DNA of 42,287 nucleotides, from the NCBI GenBank assembly GCA_963804955.1, contig CAWDSQ010000006.1:1-42287 (forward strand), in the 5' to 3' direction. This document shows, piece by piece, positions 1-9,954 of this stretch; within the stretch, counting starts at the first letter, position 1; each line of letters begins with the position of its first letter. This stretch comes from an uncultured delta proteobacterium (GTDB taxonomy: Bacteria > Desulfobacterota > WTBG01 > CAIYCZ01 > CAIRTM01). The translations under genes were made by a program, and so were the position numbers. The notes beneath the pieces are model-generated. The model searched no databases, had not been told where the DNA came from, and saw only the letters and a program-made list of their open reading frames with translations.

Positions 1-150
1 CGGGCTGGGGCAATCTATGATACTATCCCAGTTGTAACAAAGCTCCTGGCCGGTGTCAGGAAGTTTGAACTCCCTGGAAAATACAGGTGATGCGATAACA
101 AGCCCTGCAGCATAAATCAAAACAGCGCGGAAAATCTTTTTATGTTTCAT
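1..150 (-). CDS. Secreted protein, N-terminal fragment (runs off the window edge); probable DUF1566/Lcl-domain family
   Basis: Manual minus-strand translation from ATG at 150 gives MKHKKIFRAVLIYAAGLVIASPVFSREFKLPDTGQELCYNWDSIIDCPSP. This is a signal peptide followed by the LPDTGQxxCY...CP motif typical of DUF1566 protein N-termini. A purine-rich RBS (GGAAAGGA) lies upstream. Confidence 0.65.
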   Translation of the reverse strand, partial: MKHKKIFRAVLIYAAGLVIASPVFSREFKLPDTGQELCYNWDSIIDCPSP

Positions 151-683
151 GCATTTTCCTTTCCCTGTGAGACTTAAGTATTTTGTATCTCTGTTTCTAC
201 ATTTTGAACCCTTTACCGCTTCACTAAAATTCAGCATTACAGCTCGGATAAACAATAAACCTTTAAGATACAAAACACCAGAAATAGTATTTCATATTTT
301 GAGGTATTACAGGAAAGATTAGGAGCATGCCAATCCTGTGCTCTTGACTTGCGGCCACAAACCAACTAAACGATTCTAAATGCAAAACCCGGACTATTGC
401 GCAATTAATTCCATATTATCAAAAGTACTCTTTGCTCTGTCAGATTACGTTAAACCTAAGATTTGCGGCAGCCTGCTGCCATGATACAGGAAAAACAGTG
501 CCCGCATTACCTGTTCATGCAAATTTTTCAATGCTGGTTTGCAAAGTGCGCCGTGCGCACCGTTCATCACGACAATCAAATTATAAAACCCATCAACAAC
601 CCGTTTTTATACTCCGCGGGCATATCACCACACCGTCCGGCGCCACTCCCATCATTGGTGCGCGCAGCGCACCCTGCATGCTG

Positions 684-708
684 AAAAAAGGCGGGCTATT
701 GCCCGCCT
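684..708 (-). terminator. Rho-independent terminator after the 735-953 gene
   Basis: Inverted repeat AGGCGGGC-tatt-GCCCGCCT with A6 on its left, which is a U-tract on the minus strand. Confidence 0.7.
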
Positions 709-734
709 GAAATTTTGAAGTGTAAAAACTTTTT

Positions 735-953
735 TTACGCAAACAGGCTCATCATCCACGTGTTGATCGGTTTCATAACACCGCTCCACATGATAAGGCC
801 GATAAGGGCCGAAACGCCGACAACAACCCAGCATTTCTGAACAGCCGTGAAAGCGGTGCTGCGCAGCAGGGCATAAATGCCCAGCGGCGGAAATGCCTGC
901 AGAGAGAAAATAACTTTTGCGCGGTTGTTATACCATTTTACTTTTTCTTCCAT
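735..953 (-). CDS. Small hypothetical membrane protein (72 aa)
   Basis: ATG with an AAGGAGAG RBS, a KWY...FPPLGIYALLR motif and two hydrophobic segments; a terminator follows. Confidence 0.7.
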   Translation of the reverse strand: MEEKVKWYNNRAKVIFSLQAFPPLGIYALLRSTAFTAVQKCWVVVGVSALIGLIMWSGVMKPINTWMMSLFA

Positions 954-978
954 GCGCTCTCCTTTTTAATTAATGAGT

Positions 979-1035
979 CTATAGGCTTTTAGTCTGTAGG
1001 CTGTAGGCTATTTAAGATCTGTAATAGACTGTAGG
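979..1035. repeat. Degenerate 7-bp tandem repeats (CTGTAGG/CTATAGG), 3' flank of four-helix-bundle gene 1
   Basis: ctataggc...ctgtaggctgtaggc...ctgtagg, the reverse complement of the array at 1441-1548. Confidence 0.75.
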
Positions 1036-1057
1036 TACATACAAGCTAAAAGCATAG

Positions 1058-1428
1058 TCACCTTAAATTCACGGCTACTTGCAGCATTGAGCGAACAAGC
1101 GCTCCTAAAACCTTTTTCACCTCGGACATATCGCTCACATTGTCTCAACGCCATGCCCATCGAGATAACCCAGCACGCTTTGACAAAGATAGCTGATAAT
1201 GAAGTTCGCGCAGAGATCCGAATGCTATTTCAAAAAATCGCACATACTCCACCTGGCTCTCACGGGCACAGCCCTCGACGATATTTGAGGGAACTGAAAC
1301 AGCCGCTCTCCTCATCTGAGAAGTCAATCCGTATATTTCCGACTTGGCGGAGAGGGAGTGGCATCGTATACTTGCACTGCGAGCTCGTCAGCAAGCTGAT
1401 AAGCTCTCAGTTTTGTATGGTCACGCAT
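1058..1428 (-). CDS. Four helix bundle protein (TIGR02436 / 23S rRNA intervening-sequence protein family), with apparent frameshifts
   Basis: MRDHTKLRAYQLADELAVQVY...EIYGLTSQMRRAAVSVPSNIVEGCARESQVEYVRFFEIAFGSLRELHYQL...EVKKVLGALVRS. The QxRRAAxSVPSNIxEG motif is the family signature. Confidence 0.88.
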
Positions 1429-1440
1429 AACCGCACTTCC

Positions 1441-1548
1441 TAATAGCCTAAATCCTACAGCCTATAGCCTATAGCCTACAGTCCTTATCTTAATCCTACA
1501 GCCTATAGCCTAACAGCCTACAGCCTACAGCCTAACACCCTACAGCCT
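1441..1548. repeat. 7-bp tandem repeat array (CCTACAG/CCTATAG, about a dozen imperfect units), 5' flank of four-helix-bundle gene 1
   Basis: cctacagcctatagcctatagcctacag...cctacagcctatagcctaacagcctacagcctacagcctaacaccctacagcc. Confidence 0.9.
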
Positions 1549-1552
1549 TTTT

Positions 1553-2303
1553 TTACTTCTTCGCCTTGCCCTGCGCCGCCACTGCTGCCATGGCCCGTGC
1601 TATCTCATCGGGATCGCCCAGATAGCGGTGGCTGAGGGGCTTGAGTGTCGTCGTCAAGCTCATACACCAGGGGCACGCCCGTGGGAATATTGAGCTCGGT
1701 GATATCAGCCTCGGAAACATTGTCGAGATACTTCACCAGCGCCCGCAGCGAATTACCATGCGCTGCAATGATGGGCTTTCTGCCGGCCCGCAAGGCCGGG
1801 GCAATAACAGTATGCCAGAAAGGCAGAAAACGCGCAACCGTATCCTTGAGGCTTTCGGTCAGCGGCACATCTTCGGGGGAAAGATCGGCATAGCGGGGAT
1901 CACGGCCCGGCCAGCGCGGATCCGACATCTCAAGGGCCGGCGGCGGCGTATCATAGCTGCGCCGCCAGATTTTCACCATCTGCTCGCCGTGCTGCGCCGT
2001 GGTCTCGGCTTTATTGAGCCCCTGCAGCGCGCCGTAGTGCCGCTCATTGAGCCGCCAGGAATGCACCACGGGAATCCACATGAGATCCAGCTCCTCAAGG
2101 GCCAGCCAGAGGGTCTTCACCGCCCGGCGCAGCACGGAGGTATAGGCGATGTCAAACACGAACCCCTCCTGCTTCAGCAGCCTTCCGGCCCCTGCCGCCT
2201 CCTGCACGCCGCGCTCGGACAGATCAACATCTGTCCAGCCGGTGAAGCGGTTTTCCTTGTTCCAGAGGCTTTCGCCATGGCGCAGTAAAACAAGCTGGTG
2301 CAT
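1553..2303 (-). CDS. gpmA: 2,3-bisphosphoglycerate-dependent phosphoglycerate mutase (frameshift near 1640)
   Basis: [58 protein letters not shown]. The true C-terminus [13 protein letters not shown] is in a shifted frame. Confidence 0.95.
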
Positions 2304-2311
2304 AGTCCCTC

Positions 2312-3482
2312 CTAATTGGATGTTAATTTCTTGAGCATGCGCAGCACCCAGGCATCCCGGGGCGCAATAGCCCCTTCCGGGCACAGCTCCTGGCAGCAGT
2401 AGCAGCGAATGCAGGTCTCATCATCGATACGCACGCAGGCGCCGGGGGCGGGCTGCGTGATGGCATGAGCCGGGCAGGCCTCCATGGCAGATGCCGCAGC
2501 CTTTGCAGCTGGAGGCATCAACTGCCGGCCACGCTGTCAGCAAACGCCGCAGCAGGCCTGCAAAAGGCCGGAAATACGCAGGGCCTTCCACATGCATCAG
2601 GGCTGCGGGCTTGAGATCGGTGATTTTTAAAGGCTCGATGGGATCGCCGGCAAGCCGTATGCCTTCAAGGTCGGCGGCAAGGCCCAGCTCCTGCGCTGCT
2701 TTAAATATATATACTGTGTCGGGCGCCACGCCGGCAATGGCGCAGGCCACGCGGTCAAGGCTCACCATGTCGCGCGATGCGGCAAGAAAGCCGAGCTTGC
2801 GGGGGTTGCCGCTGCTGGGGCCATTGCCCTCCATGCCGATAACGGCGTCAAGCACTGAAATGGCCGGCTTGACCGTATAGGCAAGCTCAACCAGCATCCG
2901 GGCGAAATGGTCCTGGCTGCGGCCGCTCTGCAGATGCCACTGGGCCTTTTGCCTGCCGGCAAAAGCGCCGAACATGTTTTTTACCGCCAGGGTCATGACC
3001 ATCATGGCATGCGTTTTAAACTTTGCCAGGTTGATGACCACATCGGCCTCAATAATATCGCGGGCGATGGAGAAAGAGCGATTATGAAACCCTGCCGGCG
3101 CCGGGACCGTAACACTGTCGGCAAAGTCGACAACCTCCACGCCAAGCTCGCGGGCCATGTCAAGAATGCCGCATTTTGCAGCCACTTTCTGCGCAGTCCC
3201 GAAGCCCGGCGAATCGCCGATGGCAACCGAGGCTGCGCCCGCATCGCGGCACAGCTCCACAAGGGCCCGCACAACCGCAGGGTGCGGAGATACGCACTGC
3301 TCTGCCGTTGCAGGGGTCAGCAGATTAGGCTTGAGCAGCACTTTGGAGCCGCGCGGGATACTGTTTGCCCACCCGCCCGCGCTGTCTTCGCCGAGCTTTA
3401 CGAGCGCCTCCTTCACCAAAACATAGTCATAGGAAGGGCAGCGGCGTACGGCTACGGTTCTATCCTGCTGTGGAAGCGCCAT
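2312..3482 (-). CDS. DUF362 domain protein with C-terminal 2x[4Fe-4S] ferredoxin domain (frameshift near 2490)
   Basis: [39 protein letters not shown]-terminal CKGCGIC...CP and [12 protein letters not shown]. Confidence 0.9.
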
Positions 3483-3491
3483 ATATATTTC

Positions 3492-6417
3492 TTACATCAG
3501 AGTTACAACACGGGGAAAAAGCCCGCTCTCGGCATGGGCCTGGCCGACCGCCTGCGCAGACCCCAATGCGGCAACCGCGCCATAGTCGCGCACGGCATCC
3601 AGAACATCGGCAAAAGCGCGCACATGGGCCGGCGTGGTGGCAAGAATCTCATCGCGCATCTGCTGGCGCGAGGCATCCGATACGCCGTTGAAACGCCGCT
3701 GCATCGACACAAGGCCCCGGGCATCGGGCAGCAGATAGCTGTCCAAATCGCCGATGGCGCCGATGATGCTTTTGGTAAGCTCCTCATCGGTAATGCTCGT
3801 GCTGCGCAAAAACGCGGCTGCGCCGTCATAGATATCAAGCGTTGCCAGAAGATTCGGATCGCGGTAGGAAACAAATACAAAGCCGCCCGACAGGCGGTCG
3901 AAGCTGCAGAACGCGCCATACGCGCCGCCCTGCACGCGCACGCGCTCCCAGAGATAGGAGGTGCGCAGAAGCTGGGATATCACATGCACCGAGCCGTGGT
4001 ACTGGTAGCCAAGGCTGTAGAGGTTGGCTCCCTTGCCCACATAATTGACGGGTGTCGGGACCACCAGCGCCTCGCCTGCGGGCAGCGGCTGAGGCTGCCA
4101 GGGCTCCGGCAGGGCTTTCCCGTCGGGCAGCGCCGCCAGAAACGACTCGGTTTCCGCCCTGCCCAGCCGCCACAGGCCGGCATCGGCGGTAACATTGATA
4201 ACCATGGCAGGCCGCTGCACCAGCGCGCCGCGCACGGCTCGCAGATCGGCTGCCACCGACTCCCAGTCTGTCTGAATCCGCTGTTCAAGCCGCCGCAAAA
4301 ATTGCAGATAGGAAACGCCGCTCATCTGCTCGTCCGCCCAGTCCGCTTCGGAAAACCGCGCCTGCAGGCGCGAGCTGACCAGCTGATGGCCGGCGGGCAC
4401 GAGGCGCTGCTCCTGGGCGGCCCGCTCTTCAAGCAGTATCTGCTTAAAGCGTACAGGATCGTCAACGCGGGCCGAGCGAAGGATATCGCCGCAGATGGCG
4501 AAAAGCTCTTTTATGCCCGAAGCCATGGCCTTGCCGCGCATAAGAAGCCATGCTGCTCCGGACGAAGCGCCGACAACCGACGAGGTGAAAATGCTGCAGC
4601 GCAGCCCGCCGGTGGACCGGCCGATGCGCTGGGACAGCGAAACAAAATCCTCGCGCCCCGGTGCCGGTCTCCAAAAGCAGCCTGCCCATGAGCCCGGCAT
4701 AGGGCAGATACTGCTGCGGCAGCAGGTGCAGGTTAAGGCCGATGTCGAGATACAGGATGCCGCTGGTGAACAGGTCATGATACAGAATGGTGCCGCCAGC
4801 CCGGCCTGCGGCCCCGTCGCAGGGAATGAGCCGGTTTGTGCGCTCAAGGTCGGCAAGCCCGAGCCTGGGTATGGAGGCAAGCGCTTCGGGCGGATCAGGG
4901 GTCTGCTGCAGGCGCTTGAGCAGGCTGGTGTTGTCCGCAACGGCCTGAAGCTGCGCCGGGCTGAAGGCGGCCTTTGCCTGCTCCAGCACCAGCTTTTCCG
5001 CAGCCTCATTGCGCTCGGCAAGCCCGTCATCGGGGGTCAGGAGAACCGTGGTGCGATGCGGATTCTCAAAAAAATGCCGCCTGATAAGCCTGGAAAAATA
5101 GCCCGGCTCCCGCGCGATCCGCTCCTTGAGGCGCCCGAGCGGCGCCTCGAAGGCAAGCGCGTCGCAGGGATCGCCGCCATAGAGCCACACGGTAAGGCCG
5201 CGCAGCATGAGCGCAAGGCCCCGCGGAAAGCGGCCCGTATTGTTCTCGCGCAGCCGGAACTCAACCGTGTTGACCGCGGCCTCGACCGTGCGCGGGTCTA
5301 TGCCCTCGCGGGCAATCGTCTCCAGCGCCGACAGAACAAACGGCTCGACCTCCTGCATCCGCTCAGGGGCAACTCCCTTGAGGCCCGCTGAAAAATACAG
5401 CTGGGCAAGCTCTGCTTCAAGCCCGATGCCGGCAAGGCCGTCGCCAAGGCCGGAGTCAAGCAGCGCCTTGCGCAAGGGGGAAGCCGGCATGCCCAGCAGG
5501 GCAAATTCAAGCATGCCCAGCGTAAGGGTCGTCTGCACATCCACAACCGGCGTTAAAAGCCAGTTCACGGTCACCATCCCTTTGCCGCCCCCGGGGCCTT
5601 CGGCCCTGCCTGCCGGATAGGAGCGCACAAGCCTGCGCGGCTCGGACAGCCGCGGCTGAAGCGCAATGGAGGAATCGGGCTGCTGCGCGGAAAACTGGGA
5701 AAGGCAGGCATCCAGATACCGCAGGCGCTCCTGCGGGTCATCATCACCATAAAAATATATGCGCGCATTTGACGGATGATAATGGCGGCGATGAAACTCG
5801 CGGAACGCCTCATAGGTCAGGCAGGGAATTTTTTCGGGATCGCCGCCCGAGTCAAGGCCGTACAGCGTGTCGGGAAAAACGGATATCTGGCTGCAATGGG
5901 CCAGCAGGTTCTCGGGCGAAGCATAGGCGCCTTTCATCTCATTGAAGACCACGCCCTTGTAGGACAGAGGGCTGTCGGGGCGGTCAAGCTCATAGTGCCA
6001 GCCCTCCTGCTCGAAAATATGGCGGTTTATGCGCGGATAAAACACGGCGTCGAGATAGACATCGATAAGATTATAAAAGTCCCTGAGGTTCTGGCTGGCA
6101 ACGGGATAGCAGGTTTTGTCGGGATAGGTGAAAGCATTGAGAAATGTCTGGAGCGACCCTTTCAGCAGCTCTACAAAAGGCTCCTTCACCGGGTACTTGC
6201 GCGACCCGCACAGCACCGAATGCTCAAGGATATGGGCAACGCCCGTTGAGTCGTTTGGCGGGGTGCGGAAGGTGATCCCGAACACCTTGTTGGTGTCATC
6301 GTTGACCAGCGACAGCAGCTCTGCGCCCGTGGCGACATGCCGGTAGAAAAAAGCCTCTGTTTTCAGCTCGCGGACCGGCCTGTCGTGAATCAGTTCAAAA
6401 CCGTGGCATACGTTCAT
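3492..6417 (-). CDS. Insulinase family (M16C) presequence protease PreP-like metallopeptidase (frameshift near 4660)
   Basis: STGVAHILEHSVLCGSRKYPVKEPF (HxxEH), FLNAFTYPDKTCYPVAS, KGVVFNEMKG; C-terminal YLWERVRVQGGAYG and SYRDPN. Confidence 0.93.
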
Positions 6418-7532
6418 GGATAACCTCTGTGGGGTGAAAAGCTGCGTGCGGGCTGCCGGGGGATTACTCGGGCCCGTCCTCCATCGAAAGCCGGTACTTT
6501 CTGATTTCGGGAATAATATGAGAGAAATGCATCGAATATATGCGGATCGAAATGCACGCCCCGGTCTTTTGTCATGATATCGAGGGTCTCCTCCTCTGAC
6601 AGGGCCTGCCGGTACACGCGCTCGTGCACGAGAGCATCATACACATCAAGAATCGCCACCATGCGGGCCGATTCAGGTATCCGCTCGCCGGCAATGCCGT
6701 AGGGATAGCCGGTTCCGACCCACTTCTCATGATGTGAAAGGGCGATGTCGCGGGCCATATTCAAAAGAGATATGTCCGAGCCGCTCAAAATGTGCGCGCC
6801 GATGGTCGTATGGGTTTTGATGACTTCAAACTCCTCGGCGGTCAGCAGCCCCTGCTTCAGCAGAATGACATCGGGCACGCCTATCTTGCCGATATCGTGC
6901 ATGCAGGCTGCAATGCGGATTTCATCCTTGAGCCGTTCCCCCCAGCCCAGCTCACCTGCAAGCAGATAGCAGTACACGCCAAGGCGCCGCGTGTGCGAGC
7001 CCGTTTCAATGTCCCGGTACTCGCAGGCCGAGGTCAGGCGCATGCAGATTTCTTCCTCGCGGCGGCGGACATCAGCCGTGCGCGAGCGCACATCATTTTC
7101 AAGGCGGGCCTCATACTGCCTGCTCTGCATGTGCAGGCGCCGGCGCTCGAGGGCATTGACCACGCTGATGGCGATTTCGTTCAGGTCAAAAGGCTTGATC
7201 ACAAAGCCGTAGGCCCCCAGCTGCAGGGCCTTGACAGCCGTCTTGCGGTCATCAACCGCCGTCACCATGATGACGGCCATATCGGGGTATTGATCCTTGA
7301 TAATAGTCAGCAGCTCTATGCCCGTTTTGCCCGGCATCATGATATCTGAAACAACCAGGGAAAATGTTCCCTGCTCGAGCTTGCCAAGGGCATCTTCGGC
7401 CGAATGGGAAATGTCGCAGGTATAGCCCTCAGCCTCAAGACATTTTGCTATAATGTCGCTGATGAGGGGCTCATCATCAACCACAAGTATCATGTCTTTT
7501 GCCGCAGAATTAAACAAACACAACCTCGTCAT
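6414..7532 (-). CDS. Response regulator with HD-GYP cyclic-dinucleotide phosphodiesterase domain (RpfG-like); start uncertain
   Basis: Receiver domain ILVVDDE...SDIMMPGKTG...KPF. HD-GYP motifs ETGSHTRR, MHDIGKIG, HHEKWVGTGYP, DVYDAL...RVYR. The extreme C-terminus is probably frameshifted. Confidence 0.9.
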   Translation of the reverse strand: MTRLCLFNSAAKDMILVVDDEPLISDIIAKCLEAEGYTCDISHSAEDALGKLEQGTFSLVVSDIMMPGKTGIELLTIIKDQYPDMAVIMVTAVDDRKTAVKALQLGAYGFVIKPFDLNEIAISVVNALERRRLHMQSRQYEARLENDVRSRTADVRRREEEICMRLTSACEYRDIETGSHTRRLGVYCYLLAGELGWGERLKDEIRIAACMHDIGKIGVPDVILLKQGLLTAEEFEVIKTHTTIGAHILSGSDISLLNMARDIALSHHEKWVGTGYPYGIAGERIPESARMVAILDVYDALVHERVYRQALSEEETLDIMTKDRGVHFDPHIFDAFLSYYSRNQKVPAFDGGRARVIPRQPARSFSPHRGYP

Positions 7533-7857
7533 TCTTTCGTGAAAGGATTGCCGGTACGAGAAGGCAGCCTGTTGTTCAGGATTATAGTAGTATATAGAAT
7601 TTAATACCACGCGCAAATAACTTTTTCAACCAATCCGCACAACCCAGTTTTACATGGTAGTAAAGACTTCATTTTTCCATGCCTTTTCCTGCCCGTATAC
7701 ATCGCCACCGGGCCACGTTTTTTAATAAAATCTTTGCAGAACTGCCAAATACAGATATACTTATCCAATTAAAAAAACCTTTTTTTACCGGCAGCCGCAG
7801 GTTTTCTGCAAAGCCGGTGTTATTTCATATACATACAAAAATCAGGGGTCGCCCATT

Positions 7858-9159
7858 ATGAAACTACCGCGTACACGCTCCGCCATTATCGCCCTCGGCG
7901 CAGCCTGCATCATAGCCGGTGTGCTGCTTGTGATGAAGTGCTCGTCAAAACCCCCGTCTCTGTTCAATACTGCCACGGTAACGCGCGGCGACCTCTCGGC
8001 TGCCATCAGCGCCACCGGCACGGTTGAACCCGAGGATGTCATCGACGTGGGAGCGCAGGTGGCGGGCCGCATTGTCTTTTTCGGCAAAGATAAAAACGGC
8101 AAAGAAATTGATTACGGCTCCGAGGTCGAGGCGGGCACCGTGCTGGCCCAGATCGACGATGCCCTCTACGCTGCCGATGCGGCGCAGGCCCGGGCGGCTG
8201 CGGTGCGCGCGGAGGCGGATCTCGGGCAGCTGCAGGCAAAACTGTTTCAGGCAAAACGGGACTGGGAGCGGGCGCAGAAGCTCGGGCCCTCGGATGCGCT
8301 GTCACAGAGCGATTATGATTCGGCAAAATCGGCTTTTGATGTCGCGCAGGCAAATGTGGCTGTGGGCCGTGCTGCGATTGGCCAGGCGCAGGCAGCACTG
8401 CAGCGGGCCGAGCAGAACCTGAGCTACTGCACCATCAAGTCGCCGGTAAAGGGCGTCATTATCGACCGCCGCGTCAATATCGGCCAGACCGTGGTGTCAA
8501 GCCTGAATGCGCCCAGCCTTTTCCTGCTTGCGCTGGACCTCAAGCGGATGCAGGTGTGGGTTTCAGTCAACGAGGCGGACATCGGCAGCATCCATATGGG
8601 GCAGGCTGTGAGCTTTACGGTTGACACCTACCCGGGGCAGATTTTTCACGGCGAAGTGGGCAAGATACGGCTCAATGCCACCATGACGCAGAATGTGGTC
8701 ACCTATACCATTGAGGTTATCACCGATAATTCAGACGGCCGGCTGCTGCCCTATCTGACGGCCAATGTGCAGTTTGAACTCTCCCGCAGCACGAATGTCC
8801 TGCTGGTTCCGAATGCCGCGCTTCGCTGGTTCCCGCAGCCCGCGCAGGTGGATGTGAAGTTTAAAGATATTGTGGAAGGCGCGGCGGACACCACCGGCAC
8901 GAGCGCGGGCGCCGGGCTGCACAAGGCAGCCCCGGCCGATGCTAAAAAACGCGAGGGCTATGTGTGGCTGCAGGATGGACGCTCTGTGCGGCCCGTCAAA
9001 GTCGGCATCGGCCCCACCGATGGCGCTATGACCGTCGTACAGGGCGAGGAAGTAAAAGAGGGTCTGGAGGTCATTGTGAGCGAGCAGCGGCAGGCTGCTG
9101 CAGGCGACAGCGCCAAGAGTCCTTTTGCACCCCAGGGCTTTGGCAGCAAGAAAAAATAA
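7858..9159 (+). CDS. MacA-like efflux periplasmic adaptor (membrane fusion protein)
   Basis: N-terminal anchor, ATGTVEP...VGAQVAGRI, coiled coil, IKSPVKGVII, VNEADIG; first gene of an ABC efflux operon. Confidence 0.92.
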   Translation: MKLPRTRSAIIALGAACIIAGVLLVMKCSSKPPSLFNTATVTRGDLSAAISATGTVEPEDVIDVGAQVAGRIVFFGKDKNGKEIDYGSEVEAGTVLAQIDDALYAADAAQARAAAVRAEADLGQLQAKLFQAKRDWERAQKLGPSDALSQSDYDSAKSAFDVAQANVAVGRAAIGQAQAALQRAEQNLSYCTIKSPVKGVIIDRRVNIGQTVVSSLNAPSLFLLALDLKRMQVWVSVNEADIGSIHMGQAVSFTVDTYPGQIFHGEVGKIRLNATMTQNVVTYTIEVITDNSDGRLLPYLTANVQFELSRSTNVLLVPNAALRWFPQPAQVDVKFKDIVEGAADTTGTSAGAGLHKAAPADAKKREGYVWLQDGRSVRPVKVGIGPTDGAMTVVQGEEVKEGLEVIVSEQRQAAAGDSAKSPFAPQGFGSKKK

Positions 9160-9160
9160 A

Positions 9161-9221
9161 AAGGTTCAAGGCTTTCTGTCTTAACCTTGAACATTGAACC
9201 TTGAACCTTGAACCTTGAACA
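9161..9221. repeat. Gene-less inverted 7-bp repeat site: AAGGTTCAAGG ... (AACCTTG)x5
   Basis: 9161-9171 aaggttcaagg is the reverse complement of the tandem array aaccttg aacattg aaccttg aaccttg aaccttg aaca at 9183-9221. Confidence 0.85.
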
Positions 9222-9240
9222 TGTTGCTCTGATACAAGCA

Positions 9241-9954
9241 ATGAATTTAATCGAGCTTCGAGATATATACAAAACCTACCATGTCGGCGAGCTGGACCTG
9301 CCCGTGCTCAAGGGGATATCGCTGTCGGTCAAGCAGGGAGAGCTCGTGGCGCTCATGGGCGCTTCGGGCTCGGGTAAAAGCACCCTCATGAACATTCTCG
9401 GGTGCCTTGATCATGCCACCTCGGGAGACTACCTGCTTGACGGGCAGGAAGTGTCGGGCCTGTCCGCTGACGGCCGGGCGCTGCTTCGCAATAAAAAAAT
9501 CGGCTTCGTCTTTCAAAGCTTTAATCTGCTGGCCCGCACAAGCGCCCTTGAGAATGTGATCCTGCCGCTGACCTATACCCACGAGCCTCTCTCCGACCAT
9601 GAAGCAAACCGCCGGGCCATGGAGCTTATCAAGCTTGTTGGCCTTGAAGATCGGGCGCATCATGAGCCGTCGCAACTCTCGGGAGGGCAGCAGCAGCGCG
9701 TTGCCATAGCACGCGCGCTTGTCAACCGGCCGTCGCTGCTCTTTGCCGACGAGCCCACAGGCAACCTCGACTCCCATACAAGCCAGGAAGTGCTGGCCAT
9801 GTTCGAGCAGCTCAACCGGGAAGAAGGAATTACCATCATACTGGTGACGCATGACCCCAATGTCGCGCGGCACGCGCGCCGCACTATTCATATCAGCGAC
9901 GGCATGATCGTAGATGACGATTTTGCACCGCCTGCGCCCGGAGGTGAGGCATGA
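9241..9954 (+). CDS. MacB/LolD-type ABC transporter ATP-binding protein
   Basis: Walker A GASGSGKST, LSGGQQQRVAIARAL, ADEPTGNLD, VTHD. Confidence 0.95.
   Translation: MNLIELRDIYKTYHVGELDLPVLKGISLSVKQGELVALMGASGSGKSTLMNILGCLDHATSGDYLLDGQEVSGLSADGRALLRNKKIGFVFQSFNLLARTSALENVILPLTYTHEPLSDHEANRRAMELIKLVGLEDRAHHEPSQLSGGQQQRVAIARALVNRPSLLFADEPTGNLDSHTSQEVLAMFEQLNREEGITIILVTHDPNVARHARRTIHISDGMIVDDDFAPPAPGGEA

Noticed and set aside
151..683. Small ORFs (432-710, 463-684) or an ncRNA in the AT-rich intergenic region
   Set aside because: No RBS, protein motif or recognisable RNA consensus; most likely the promoter region of the gene at 1-150.
1058..1428. rRNA intervening sequence in a 23S gene
   Set aside because: The flanks are protein-coding genes, and no rRNA or tRNA sequence was recognised anywhere in the window.
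2907..4691. 594-aa plus-strand ORF and other long antisense ORFs (4495-5391, 11567-12613, 23203-24204, 34633-35907)
   Set aside because: They lie opposite well-supported genes, have no recognisable motifs, and are expected shadows of GC-rich codon usage.
6414..7532. HD-GYP protein as the dedicated cGAMP phosphodiesterase for the riboswitch
   Set aside because: It is 30 kb away and keeps the ordinary RxxR (RVYR) motif of c-di-GMP-type enzymes. Nothing in the sequence links the two.
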